A stretch of 64,000 bases of DNA from Gemmatirosa kalamazoonensis (GCF_000522985.1 NZ_CP007128.1:974220-1038219), one strand, 5' to 3'; numbered from the stretch's first letter, positions 18,765 to 27,733 are shown. Numbers and translations: made by a program. The notes: generated from the sequence alone by a model not told the origin.

Positions 18765-20650
18765 TTGCGGCGATCGCGCGTCGCACCGACATTCGGAGCA
18801 CCTCCCTCCCTCTCACGGCGCGCACGCAGCGCTCGCCCATCGCGTCCTTCCTCCTCGTCTCGGATCCCGACCCCGCGCGCCGCGACGCGTTCCTCGCGCG
18901 CGCCGCGACGTCGCTCGCGCCCGTGCCCGGCCTGCGCGGCGGCCGCGTCGACGTCGGGTGCGCGACGATCGTGTGGCGCGCCGCGGCGTCGGCGCCGGTG
19001 AGCGTGTGGCGGGCCGCGGTCGAGGGAGGCGCCGGCGCGGCGGGCGTGGTGTGGGGCGACGCGTTAGGCGACGGCGACCGCGGACGCGCCTCGGCGTCCG
19101 ACGTCGCGCGCGCGTGGACCGGGCCGGGCGCGCACAACGCAGCGTTCGACGGCTTTCACGCCGCGGCGGTGGTGCGCGGCGAGGAGATCGTCGTCGGTGC
19201 GGACCTGCTCGGGCTCTTCCCCGTGTACCACGCATCGGCCGGCGAGGTGCGGCTCGTCGGCTCGTCGCCGGAGCCGTTCCGCGCGCATCCGTCGTTCCGC
19301 GACGCGCTCGACGCCGACGCGCTGCTCGGCCACCTGCTCACGGGCGGGCCGTTCGACGGACGCGCGCTGCTCGCCGGCGTGCGTCGACTCTCGCCGGGCG
19401 CGCTGCTCCGCTGGCGGGCGCGCGCGGCGCCGCGCGAGACGCGGCAGTACGCGCTACCCGAGTACGACGCGACCGAGACGGCGCCGTTCGCCGACCAGGT
19501 GGAGCGGTTCGACGCGGCGCTGGCGGAGGCAGTACGGCGGCACACCGCGCCGCACCCGCGCGTCGCGGTGCTGCTCTCCGGCGGACGCGACTCGCGCATG
19601 CTCGCCGGCTACCTCGCCGAGCGGCGGTCACCCGTCGGCGCGGTGACGCTCGGCGCGCCGGGGGACAACGAGGCGCGGTGCGCGGCGGGCGCGGCGCGCG
19701 CGTTAGGCATCCCGCACCACGTGCACGCGGCGCCGTTCGACGCGTACCCGCGATGGGCCGAGCGCAGCGCGCGGTGGGAGCAGCTCGGCGGCGGCATGAG
19801 CAGCATGCACACGTGGGGGACGCTCGACGCGCTCGCCCCACTCGGCGACGATGCGGCGCTCATGTCGGGGTACCTGTTCGACATCCGCCACCTCGGCGCG
19901 CGTCCGCCGGAGCGCGACGCCATGCTCGCGTGGGCCGCGGCGCGCGCCGTCGCTCCCGACCGGCTGCGTGCGCTGCTGCGCGACGATGCGGCGCGCGCCC
20001 GCGTGGCCGACGTGACGCACGCGATCGCGCGCGACTACGACGCGACGACCACCGACCCCAGCGAGCGCTCGTGGCGGTGGTTCGTGCGCGCGTACTGCCG
20101 CTTCCACGCGGGGAGCGTTCCGTGGCGGATGTCGTTCGGCGCGTGGCCGGTGCTCCCCGTGCTCGATCGCGCGCTGTTCGCGACGACGCTCGCGCTGCCA
20201 CGCGCGTCGCTCGCCGAGCGCAGGCTGCAGGACGCGCTGTTCCGGCGGCGGTTCCCGCAGCTCGCGCGGCTCCCGTTCGACCACAACGCGCACGACGTGC
20301 AGCCGCTGACGCCGTCGTTAGGCTGGCGGGTGCGCGCGGCGCTCGGTCGGCTGCGCCCCGCGTCCACCCACCGCGCGGGTTGGGCGCGCGAGCGACGGTA
20401 CTACGTGCGCGTGTACGACTTCGACAATCCCGGCTGGCGCGCGGTGCGCGAGGCCGCCGAGCCGGCGCGCCCGCTGCTCGCCGAGTGGTTCGACCCCGCG
20501 GCGCTGGCCGAGCTGGTGCCGCCGCCGGCGCGCGACGCGTCGCACCGCGATCCGATCAGGGACGGATTCGGGCCGAAGCTGCTCGTCGGCTTCATGCTCT
20601 GGCGTGCGCTGCGCGACGCCGGGGTGCAGGGAGACCCCGCGTGCGGCTGA
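18743..20650 (+). CDS. Asparagine synthase-family amidotransferase-like protein; no N-terminal Cys nucleophile seen
   Basis: Start at MARTGSLIAAIARR (internal Met of track ORF 18026..20650). PP-loop VAVLLSGGRDSRMLAGYL. Overlaps the upstream GT2 by about 22 nt. Confidence 0.6.
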   Translation: MARTGSLIAAIARRTDIRSTSLPLTARTQRSPIASFLLVSDPDPARRDAFLARAATSLAPVPGLRGGRVDVGCATIVWRAAASAPVSVWRAAVEGGAGAAGVVWGDALGDGDRGRASASDVARAWTGPGAHNAAFDGFHAAAVVRGEEIVVGADLLGLFPVYHASAGEVRLVGSSPEPFRAHPSFRDALDADALLGHLLTGGPFDGRALLAGVRRLSPGALLRWRARAAPRETRQYALPEYDATETAPFADQVERFDAALAEAVRRHTAPHPRVAVLLSGGRDSRMLAGYLAERRSPVGAVTLGAPGDNEARCAAGAARALGIPHHVHAAPFDAYPRWAERSARWEQLGGGMSSMHTWGTLDALAPLGDDAALMSGYLFDIRHLGARPPERDAMLAWAAARAVAPDRLRALLRDDAARARVADVTHAIARDYDATTTDPSERSWRWFVRAYCRFHAGSVPWRMSFGAWPVLPVLDRALFATTLALPRASLAERRLQDALFRRRFPQLARLPFDHNAHDVQPLTPSLGWRVRAALGRLRPASTHRAGWARERRYYVRVYDFDNPGWRAVREAAEPARPLLAEWFDPAALAELVPPPARDASHRDPIRDGFGPKLLVGFMLWRALRDAGVQGDPACG

Positions 20651-21839
20651 CGCGGCCGACCGTCGAGCGTCGCGGCGACGTCGTGCGATTCGAGACGCGG
20701 GTGACGTGGGAGGACCGGCAGCGCGACGACGACGTGATCGCGCACGAGTGGCCCGCGGCGCTCGCCGACGACGTCACCGCGTCGCCCGACGCGGCGCTGC
20801 TCGCGGCGTACCCGCTCGCGCTGTGGTTCGGCGAGCGCCGGCTCGCGGTCGAGGGGGACGTCTGCCCGCGGCTCGCCGACGGCGTGCGCACCGCGATGGC
20901 GCTCGGGCACGAATGGTACCCGCAGCTCCGCCCCGTCGCGATCGAGGCGACGGAGCGCACGCCGCCGGTGCCTAACGCATCGCGCGGCGAGCGACGTGCC
21001 GCGGTGTGCCTCTCCGGCGGCGTCGATGCGCTGACGCTGCTGTACCTGAACACACGCACCGTGCCGGCGGGCCACCCCGCGCGGTTCACCGACGGGCTAT
21101 TCCTGTTCGGCCTCAACACGTACGACTACGCGGACGGCGTGGCGCGGCCGGAGCGACTCGCGGCGTACGAGGTGCAGCGCGCGCGCGTCTCGCCGCGCTG
21201 TGCGAGGCGACCGGCGTCACGCTGGTCACGGCGGCGACGAACGTGCGGCCGCTGTTCCCGACGTACGAGGCGTGGTGCCACGCGACGCACTCGGCGCCGC
21301 TCGCGTCGGTGGGGCACGCGATGACGCCGCGCCTCCGATCGCTTGCCGTCGCGAGCGCGGGAGCGGGGCTCGCGCCGGCCGTGGTGCCCAACGCGCTCGT
21401 CGACGCCTTCCACGCGTCGCACGCGCTGGACGTGCACTCGGCGCACGCGACGCTGCCGCGGCTTGAGAAGGTGCGCCTGCTCGCGGGGTGGCCCGAGGGG
21501 CTCGCGGCGCTGCGCTGCTGCTTCATGATCCGCGTCCCCGACGGACCGGTCCAGAACTGCGGGCAGTGCGAGAAGTGCGTGCGCACGATGCTCGAGTTCC
21601 TCGCCGTCGGCGCACTGGACCGCGCACCGTTCCCGACGCGCGACGTCACGCCGGAGGCGGTGGAGCGCGTGGCCTACGCGGACTCGCTCGCGACGCGCAT
21701 CTTCTTCGCCGAGGTGACGCCGTCGCTCGCGGCGCAGGGACGCGATGACCTGGTACGGGTCATTCGCCGCGCGCTCGCGCACCAGGAGATGCGGCTGCGG
21801 CGGCGAGAGCCCTGGTGGCGACGGCTCGTGCGTGAATGA
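20641..21839 (+). pseudogene. PP-loop superfamily protein (QueC / N-acetyl-sugar amidotransferase-like), disrupted by a -1 frameshift at a (CG)5 tract around 21177-21186
   Basis: The first frame (in phase with the 18721 ORF) reads VRLTRPTVERRGDVVRFE...WYPQLRPV...AAVCLSGGVDALTLLY...AAYEVQRARV. The second frame (track ORF 21006..21839) continues LAALCEATGVTLVTAATNV...NCGQCEKCVRTMLEFLAVGALD. It is a paralog of the intact gene at 21924..23129. Confidence 0.5.
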
Positions 21840-21917
21840 ACCGCAGAGGACCCAGAGGACGCAGAGGAAACCAACAAAAGTGGTTCTCCTCTGCGTCCTC
21901 TGCGTCCTCTGCGGTTC
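21838..21917. repeat. Family-A hairpin (GAACCGCAGAGGAC... / ...GTCCTCTGCGGTTC)
   Basis: Sits exactly between the convergent stop codons of the two PP-loop paralogs (21839 and 21924). Confidence 0.75.
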
Positions 21918-21923
21918 AAGCTC

Positions 21924-23129
21924 TTACACGATCCACCCGCGCAGCAGCCGCCGCTCGCGGGCCTTGCCCAACCGCCAGAGCAGCGGCACGTGGCCGATGC
22001 GCTTCCAGCGCGCCAGTCCGCGCGTGAGCTTCTCCGAGTCGCGCAGCGAGCGATCCATCGCCGCCTCGATGTCGGGGCGGCCGCACCGGCGGGCGAGGTC
22101 GCGCACGTAGCCGAACTGGCGCACGTCGAAGTCGCGCCGGCAGTAGATGCGTCCCGCCTGGTCGAGGTCGAGCCACGCGCGGTCGAACGTCGCGCACGCG
22201 TCGAGCGCGCCCAACGCCTCGAGCGCGAGCATCGTGCGGTAGCAGCCGTTGCACCGGCCGCAGTTGTCGCCCGTCGGCGACTGATAGCACACGCGCAGGT
22301 GGCGCAGCGCGATCGGCGAGCGCGCGACGTACTCCGTCTTCTCCACGCGCATGAACGCCGGGCCGTCGTGCACCACGCGCACGCGCGACGACGTGAACAG
22401 CGGGTCGGTGAGCGGGTGCGAGCCCCAGAAGCGGAGATCGCGGTACCCGGCCGAGGATCCGATGAGCACTGTGCCGTAGCGCGCGCCGAGCGCGTGCGCG
22501 ACGCCGGCGAGCGCCGCGCCGTGCGAGAGCTTTGACCAGTCGGTCGCCGCGAAGCGTGTCTCGCGCAGGTTCGTCGCCGCGAGCACGAGGTGCTTGCCCA
22601 TCGCGTCCGCCGCGCGCTCGAGCGACGCGGCCGCGCGCGCGAACCCCGCATCGTTCGCGAGCGGGATGTCGAAGCCGTGCACGAACACCAGATCGTCGAT
22701 CCGCACCGACGTCGGCGTGCCGTCGCCCGCCGCGTGCCGCAACGCGGTGAAGAACGAGTCGACGCCGCCGGTGAAGAACGACGCGGTGCGCGGCGCGCCC
22801 GGTGCACACGGACGCGGCGGCGCATCGAGCGCGACGTCGCCGAGCTGCGGGTACCACGAGCGCCAGACGCGCAGCACCTCGCGCACGTTGTCGAGCAGCG
22901 CGCGGTCGGTCTCGGCGTCGAGCCGCAGCGGCTCGCCGCGCACCGCGGCGAGCGGCGCGAGCCAGGCGAGGAACGGATCGCCGGCGGTCGCGAGCGCCGC
23001 GGCGTGGGCGTCGGGCACCTCCAGCCACAGCTCCTCGGCGTCGCCGCCGGCGTGGCGCACCTCGGCCGACAGACGCGTCCAGCCGCGCCGCCGCGGAGAC
23101 GCGCGCAGCGCCGGACGCGACAGCTCCAT
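21924..23129 (-). CDS. PP-loop superfamily protein (intact paralog of 20641..21839)
   Basis: Start at MELSRPALRA. ...WYPQLGDV...ASFFTGGVDSFFTAL...CYQSPTGDNCGRCNGCYRTMLALEALGALD. Track ORF 21924..24038 is a fusion with the upstream GT2. Confidence 0.6.
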   Translation of the reverse strand: MELSRPALRASPRRRGWTRLSAEVRHAGGDAEELWLEVPDAHAAALATAGDPFLAWLAPLAAVRGEPLRLDAETDRALLDNVREVLRVWRSWYPQLGDVALDAPPRPCAPGAPRTASFFTGGVDSFFTALRHAAGDGTPTSVRIDDLVFVHGFDIPLANDAGFARAAASLERAADAMGKHLVLAATNLRETRFAATDWSKLSHGAALAGVAHALGARYGTVLIGSSAGYRDLRFWGSHPLTDPLFTSSRVRVVHDGPAFMRVEKTEYVARSPIALRHLRVCYQSPTGDNCGRCNGCYRTMLALEALGALDACATFDRAWLDLDQAGRIYCRRDFDVRQFGYVRDLARRCGRPDIEAAMDRSLRDSEKLTRGLARWKRIGHVPLLWRLGKARERRLLRGWIV

Positions 23130-23131
23130 GC

Positions 23132-24160
23132 CTAACGCCCCCGCGCCGCGACGTGCGCGACGCAGCCGACGGTCGCCGCGAGCGCGTTGCCCGCGAAGTA
23201 CACGATGCGCATGGGGACCGTGCGCAGCGCGAACCACCATCCCCGCTCGCGCAGGAACCATCGGTACAGCGCCGCGTCCGAGACCACGATCGCGCCGAGC
23301 GCCGCGGCGCTGCCGGTGAGCCAGCGCGCGTCGCGCGTGGCGACGGCGAGCAGCGACGTCGCCGCCGCCGCGGCGCAGAGCGCGGTGAGCGCCTTCTCCG
23401 TCATCGCGACGTTCAACGGCCCGCGGGCGAGCGCGCGGCGCCGCTCGAGGAGCAGCCGCATCCACGGGATGCCGCGGTCGCGCACGTCGGTGACGAGCAT
23501 GCCGCGGAACGTCCAGCGCTTGAGGTGCGTGCCCTGCACGTCGGGGCGCAGCTCGAGCCGGTAGCCGCGGTCGTGCAGTCGGTAGCCGAGCTCGATGTCC
23601 TCGATCTGCGGCCGAGGGTAGCGCCGCGCATCGAAGCCGCCGACGTCGAGGAACGCCGATCGCCTGACGGCACCGCAGCCCGTCCAGAACGTCTCCGCCG
23701 CGCCGCCGTGCGTCGCGTGCACCCAGTGGTGCAGCAGGTTGCGGTACTGCGACACGAACCCCCGGTCCGCGGGCGTCGTGTCGTACGCGCCCGACACCGC
23801 CGCGACGTCCGGCGCGCGCGTCAGGATCTCGTGGAAGCGGCGGAGCGTGGCCCGATGCACGCACACGTCGGCGTCGACGAAGACGACGATGTCGGCGCGA
23901 CACGCCGCGACGGCACGGTTGCGCGCCGCCGCCGGCCCGACCGAGCGTCCGGTCGTGCACAGCACGACGTCCGCGTAGCGCGCCGCGATCCGCGCCGTGT
24001 CGTCGGTGCTGCCGTCGTCGACGACGACGAGCTCCCACCGCGCGCGCGGCAGGTCGTTCGCCGCGAGCGCCGCGAGGCAGCGGCCCAGCGTCGTGCCGGC
24101 GTCGCGCGCGGGGACGACGACGGAGAGCAGGGGCAGCGACATCGACGAGCGCTCCGTCAC
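23132..24160 (-). CDS. Glycosyltransferase family 2 with C-terminal TM segments
   Basis: LSVVVPARDAGTTLGRCLAALAAN...VVVDDGSTDDT...FVDADV. Stop TAG lies inside a cgTTAGGCATG junction with the downstream start. Confidence 0.75.
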   Translation of the reverse strand: MTERSSMSLPLLSVVVPARDAGTTLGRCLAALAANDLPRARWELVVVDDGSTDDTARIAARYADVVLCTTGRSVGPAAARNRAVAACRADIVVFVDADVCVHRATLRRFHEILTRAPDVAAVSGAYDTTPADRGFVSQYRNLLHHWVHATHGGAAETFWTGCGAVRRSAFLDVGGFDARRYPRPQIEDIELGYRLHDRGYRLELRPDVQGTHLKRWTFRGMLVTDVRDRGIPWMRLLLERRRALARGPLNVAMTEKALTALCAAAAATSLLAVATRDARWLTGSAAALGAIVVSDAALYRWFLRERGWWFALRTVPMRIVYFAGNALAATVGCVAHVAARGR

Positions 24161-24167
24161 GCCTCCC

Positions 24168-25697
24168 TCACGCCTCCGACGGCGCGCGCGACGCCGCGCG
24201 CCCGAACACGAAGGCCGGCCCCGTGCGGCGCGCCTCGCGCGGCACGACGCGCTGTGCCTCGTGGTACTCGCTGTCGGTGTTCACCGCCCACACGTCGTGC
24301 GACGCGCCGCAGAGGTTCTCCACGGTGAGCATCGCGGTGTACATGGAGTGGTCCTGGTTGTTGTACTTGTGCATCCCGTTCCGCCCGACGGTGTGCAGGT
24401 TCGGGATCGCGTCGAGGCAGCCGCGCACGACGTCGACGCGCGCGCGGTACGATGCGTCGTAGACCGGGTACGCCTTCGGCACGCGGACCACCACGCCGTC
24501 GACGACGCGCGCACCGCCGGCGAGGCCGAGCGCGCCCAACTCGCGCGTCGCGAGCTGCACGAGCGCCGCGTCGTCGAGCGACCAGACGTCGTCGCCCTCG
24601 GTGCAGAAGTACTCCATGCCGAGGCACGTGCGCCCCGGCTCCGGCGTGAGCGCCGCGCTCCAGTTCCGGAAGTTCTGCACGCGCCCGACCCGGAAGTGCG
24701 GCGTGTGCACGTAGATCCAGTTGTCGGGAAACGGCGTCTCGTCGTCGACGACGAGCGCGACGACGAGCAGCGCGCGGAACGACAGCCCACTCGCCGCGGC
24801 GCGCGCGTCCGGCGTCGCCGCGTCGCCGAGCGCGGCGACGAGCGTGTCGAGCGGCATGGTGGAGATGACGTGCTGCGCCTCGATCCGCTCCTCGCCGTCG
24901 GGGCCCGCGACGCGCGCGGCCACGACGCGGCCGTCGCGCACCTCGAGCGCCGTGACGCGATGCCCGGTGCGCACCTCGCCCCCGCGCTCGACGATGCGGT
25001 CGCGGCACCGCTCCCACATCTGTCCGGGGCCGAGGCGCGGATACTTGAACGAGTCGATGAGCGTGCGCACGTCGCCCGCGCGGCGCGTGAGCGGGTTCGC
25101 CGACAGCACGGCGCGGGTGAGCGACAGGTTCTGGATGCGCTGCGCGGCCCACTCGGCGCGGATCTCCGTGCACGGAATGCCCCACACCTTCTCCGTGTAC
25201 GTCTTGAAGAAGATCTCGTAGAGGTGCCGCCCGAAGCGGTTCGTCACCCACTGCTCGAAGTTCTCCTCGACCGGCGACGGGCGGAGACGCGCGCGGGCGT
25301 AGCTCGCGAGGATGCGGATCGCGTCGCGCGGGCCGAGTCCCTTGAGCGCGTTCCCCGCCCGCAGCGGGTAGTGGAAGAACTTTCCCGCGTAGTGGATGCG
25401 CGACAGGCGCGGCACGTCGAGCAGGTCGTCGCCGAGCAGCTCTTCCCACATCGCCTGCACCGGAGCGATGCGCGTGAAGAAGCGGTGTCCGCCGAGGTCG
25501 AAGCGGTAGCCGTCGTGCTGCACCGTGCGCGAGATCCCGCCGACGACGTGGTCGCTCTCGAGGACGGTGACGGGGACGTCCTGCTTCGCGAGCTGGTAGG
25601 CCGCGGTGAGTCCCGCCGGCCCCGCCCCGCACACGACCACGTGGTCGCCGGGCTCGATGCGATGCACGGTCCGATGCGCGTGGGTGGGGGCGGGCAT
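24168..25697 (-). CDS. FAD-dependent oxidoreductase (amine-oxidase / UDP-galactopyranose-mutase-like fold)
   Basis: VVVCGAGPAGLTAAYQLAK (GxGxxG), ...LESDHVVGGISRT.... Confidence 0.7.
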   Translation of the reverse strand: MPAPTHAHRTVHRIEPGDHVVVCGAGPAGLTAAYQLAKQDVPVTVLESDHVVGGISRTVQHDGYRFDLGGHRFFTRIAPVQAMWEELLGDDLLDVPRLSRIHYAGKFFHYPLRAGNALKGLGPRDAIRILASYARARLRPSPVEENFEQWVTNRFGRHLYEIFFKTYTEKVWGIPCTEIRAEWAAQRIQNLSLTRAVLSANPLTRRAGDVRTLIDSFKYPRLGPGQMWERCRDRIVERGGEVRTGHRVTALEVRDGRVVAARVAGPDGEERIEAQHVISTMPLDTLVAALGDAATPDARAAASGLSFRALLVVALVVDDETPFPDNWIYVHTPHFRVGRVQNFRNWSAALTPEPGRTCLGMEYFCTEGDDVWSLDDAALVQLATRELGALGLAGGARVVDGVVVRVPKAYPVYDASYRARVDVVRGCLDAIPNLHTVGRNGMHKYNNQDHSMYTAMLTVENLCGASHDVWAVNTDSEYHEAQRVVPREARRTGPAFVFGRAASRAPSEA

Positions 25698-25829
25698 GCG
25701 GGGAGACGGGGAGACGACGACGCGGCGATTGCTGGGGCCCCCATAGTGGGGCCGCGGACGTGACTCGTCTAGAGCGCACCAGGGGTGTGGCGTCCGCGCG
25801 ACGGTCTCCTAACGGCGCGCGCGCCCTGC

Positions 25830-25858
25830 TTGACAGGCGATACGGGTGCTTGTACACT
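25830..25858 (+). promoter_or_regulatory. Sigma70-like promoter candidate TTGACA-17-TACACT
   Basis: TTGACA at 25830-25835, 17-nt spacer, TACACT at 25853-25858. Lies in an about 830 bp non-coding stretch; its target is unknown. Confidence 0.25.
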
Positions 25859-26528
25859 GCGCGCCCTGGGAGTCGCGTCCCGATGTTCACGATCCTTCTG
25901 CCCGACGTGCATGCGTCGGCCCAGCGGATCACCCGAAGCGACACACGTCGCGTCGGGCAGACCATCGGAGGCGCGACTTTCGCGTTTCAGGGCAATCACC
26001 CTCGACCGCATTCGACGAACGAGATGACCGCGCTCGCATCGCAGCTCCCACTCGCCACTCCGTGTCCCACCGGCGTCGTCCGGTCGGGCGCGGTCGCGGC
26101 CGCGCCGCTCGGCGCGGCGTGGGGAGCCGTGCGTGCGAGAGGGTCGGCGATCGTCGTGACGTACGACCGCCATGCGCGGATGGGCCACGAGCGAGGTCTG
26201 GGTGGCCCGCGAGATCGAAGATGGGCAGGTGTTCCGACCGGAGGCCGCGCGCGGTAGCGCGTCGTCCTCCGTCACCGGATCGGGAGCGACGACTCGCGCC
26301 CCACCTGCGCCATCGGCGAGGTGGGGCGCGTTGCGTTTCAGCGCGTCGCACGGCGGCACGACCGCTGTTTGACAAGTGAAGGTCGGGGGAAAGCAACAAC
26401 GCAGTTGGCAGTTCCCTGCAATACCGTGGTCCGCCGTCGACCGGCGGAGCGGACGCCCGTGCGGACGGAAACGCGACTCCCACCGTTCGGGCGCGCCGCG
26501 ACGTCGTGCCGGCGGCGGACCACGCCTT

Positions 26529-26602
26529 GGAGCCATAGCTCAATCGGCCAGAGCGCCCGGCTGTCTACCGGGAGGCTGCGGGTTCGAGCCCCGCTGGTTC
26601 CG
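26529..26602 (+). tRNA. tRNA-Asp (anticodon GTC)
   Basis: Hand-folded cloverleaf: acceptor GGAGCCA/TGGTTCC, D-arm GCTC..GAGC, anticodon stem CCCGG/CCGGG with loop CTGTCTA, T-arm GCGGGTTCGAGCCCCGC, discriminator G, no encoded CCA. Position 37 is U, which is atypical. Confidence 0.65.
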
Positions 26603-26673
26603 TCCGTTAGGCGCCTGCATCGTCGCACGCTCGCCGACGGTACTTCATCCCTCACGGCCCCAGGAGGTGGCCA

Positions 26674-27231
26674 ATGCCCGCGCAGTGTCTGTTGCTCGAC
26701 GCGTCGTACGAGCCGCTCGCCCCGCTCATCACACTCTCCCGCGCGATGCGGCTCGTGCTCGCCGGGAAGGCGGAGATCGTGGAAGACGAGGGGCGCACCG
26801 TGCGCGCCGCCGAGCGCGAGCTCCGGCGCCCCGCGGTGCTCCGGCTCGTCAGTCACGTTGCCGTCCCGCGCCGGCACCGCCGCGGCGTGACGAACACGTG
26901 GCTGTTCGCGCGCGACGAGTACCGCTGCGCCTACTGCGGGCGCCATGAGCGCGAGCTCGGCGTCCGCGAGTTCCTCACGCGCGACCACGTGCTCCCCACG
27001 TCGCGCGGGGGGACGAACAGCTGGGAGAACTGCGTCACCGCCTGCCGCCGCTGCAACGGCCGGAAGGCGGACCGCACGCCCGAGGAGGCGCGCATGCCAC
27101 TGCGCGCGGACGTCGCACTCGTCGCGCCGCACTTCGCACGGCTGGCGTGGCCGGTGCGCCGGCTCACGGCGCTCCAGCAGCAGTACGTCGCCCTGTACTT
27201 CGGCGACGACGTACTCGCGGCGCTCCGGTAG
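26674..27231 (+). CDS. HNH endonuclease
   Basis: YRCAYCGRHERELGVREFLTRDHVLPTSRGGTNSWENCVTACRRCNGRK is a classic HNH motif. A strong SD (AGGAGG) lies 8 nt upstream. Confidence 0.8.
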   Translation: MPAQCLLLDASYEPLAPLITLSRAMRLVLAGKAEIVEDEGRTVRAAERELRRPAVLRLVSHVAVPRRHRRGVTNTWLFARDEYRCAYCGRHERELGVREFLTRDHVLPTSRGGTNSWENCVTACRRCNGRKADRTPEEARMPLRADVALVAPHFARLAWPVRRLTALQQQYVALYFGDDVLAALR

Positions 27232-27298
27232 CGGGTTCTCACGCCCACGCGTGGGCGTCCGCCGCCGGGTCTGCCGCGTCTTCACCACTTCGATCGGA

Positions 27299-27436
27299 AG
27301 TACCGTAGCTCAGTCGGTTAGAGCGCGAGACTGTCCTCACCGTTCCCTTGCCCGCATGACCACGTGGTCGAGCGGGCCGATGGTCGAGGCTCATCGGATC
27401 TCGAGGCCGCGGGTTCGAGTCCCGCCGGTACTTCCA
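27299..27436 (+). tRNA. tRNA-Asp-like gene with an about 60-nt structured insertion in the anticodon loop (intron or pseudo-tRNA)
   Basis: Acceptor AGTACCG/CGGTACT + T + CCA (extended to a 10-bp helix by the flanks), D-arm TAGCTCAGTCGGTTAGAGC, anticodon stem CGAGA...TCTCG, T-arm GCGGGTTCGAGTCCCGC. About 67 nt lie between the anticodon stem halves (CTGTC-[CTCACCG...GCCCGCATGACCACGTGGTCGAGCGGGC...CATCG]-GA). Confidence 0.45.
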
Positions 27437-27733
27437 CTCTTCGTTCGGCGCGTATGGGCTATTGCCGCGCGCCGCCGGGACGCGTAGCTCAACGAGCACG
27501 ATCAGAGCATCGCCTCGCCACGGAAGCCCTTTGCCCGACGAGGGCCGGCGACCGTGGGCCTAACGAGGCGGCGATGCGGGTGAGAGACCCGCCGCTCCCG
27601 GTCCCACCTTCGCGACTCGCTCGATCGGGTCGCCGCGACTCGGTTACCCCTCCATTGAACCTGGAATTCCTGGGGAACCAGGGCCGAGCGCACCCTTCAT
27701 CCGATCGGGCGCGACTCCGTGTGCTTCACGGCA

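Noticed and set aside
25883-26257. ORF MFTILLPDVHASAQRITRS... directly downstream of the TTGACA-17-TACACT promoter.
   Set aside because: It uses many rare A/T-ending codons, unlike every confident gene in the window. It is probably non-coding.
27299-27436. Group I intron in the interrupted tRNA.
   Set aside because: The insertion is only about 60 nt, far below the roughly 200+ nt minimal group I core. No P4-P6 or P3-P7-like elements are recognisable. It is kept as an insertion of unknown type.
26529-27436. Integrative mobile element (attL/attR formed by duplicated tRNA-Asp) carrying the HNH gene.
   Set aside because: Only about 700 bp lie between the two tRNA copies. There is no integrase, excisionase or other cargo. 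Simple tandem tRNA-Asp genes with an inserted HNH ORF explain it more economically.
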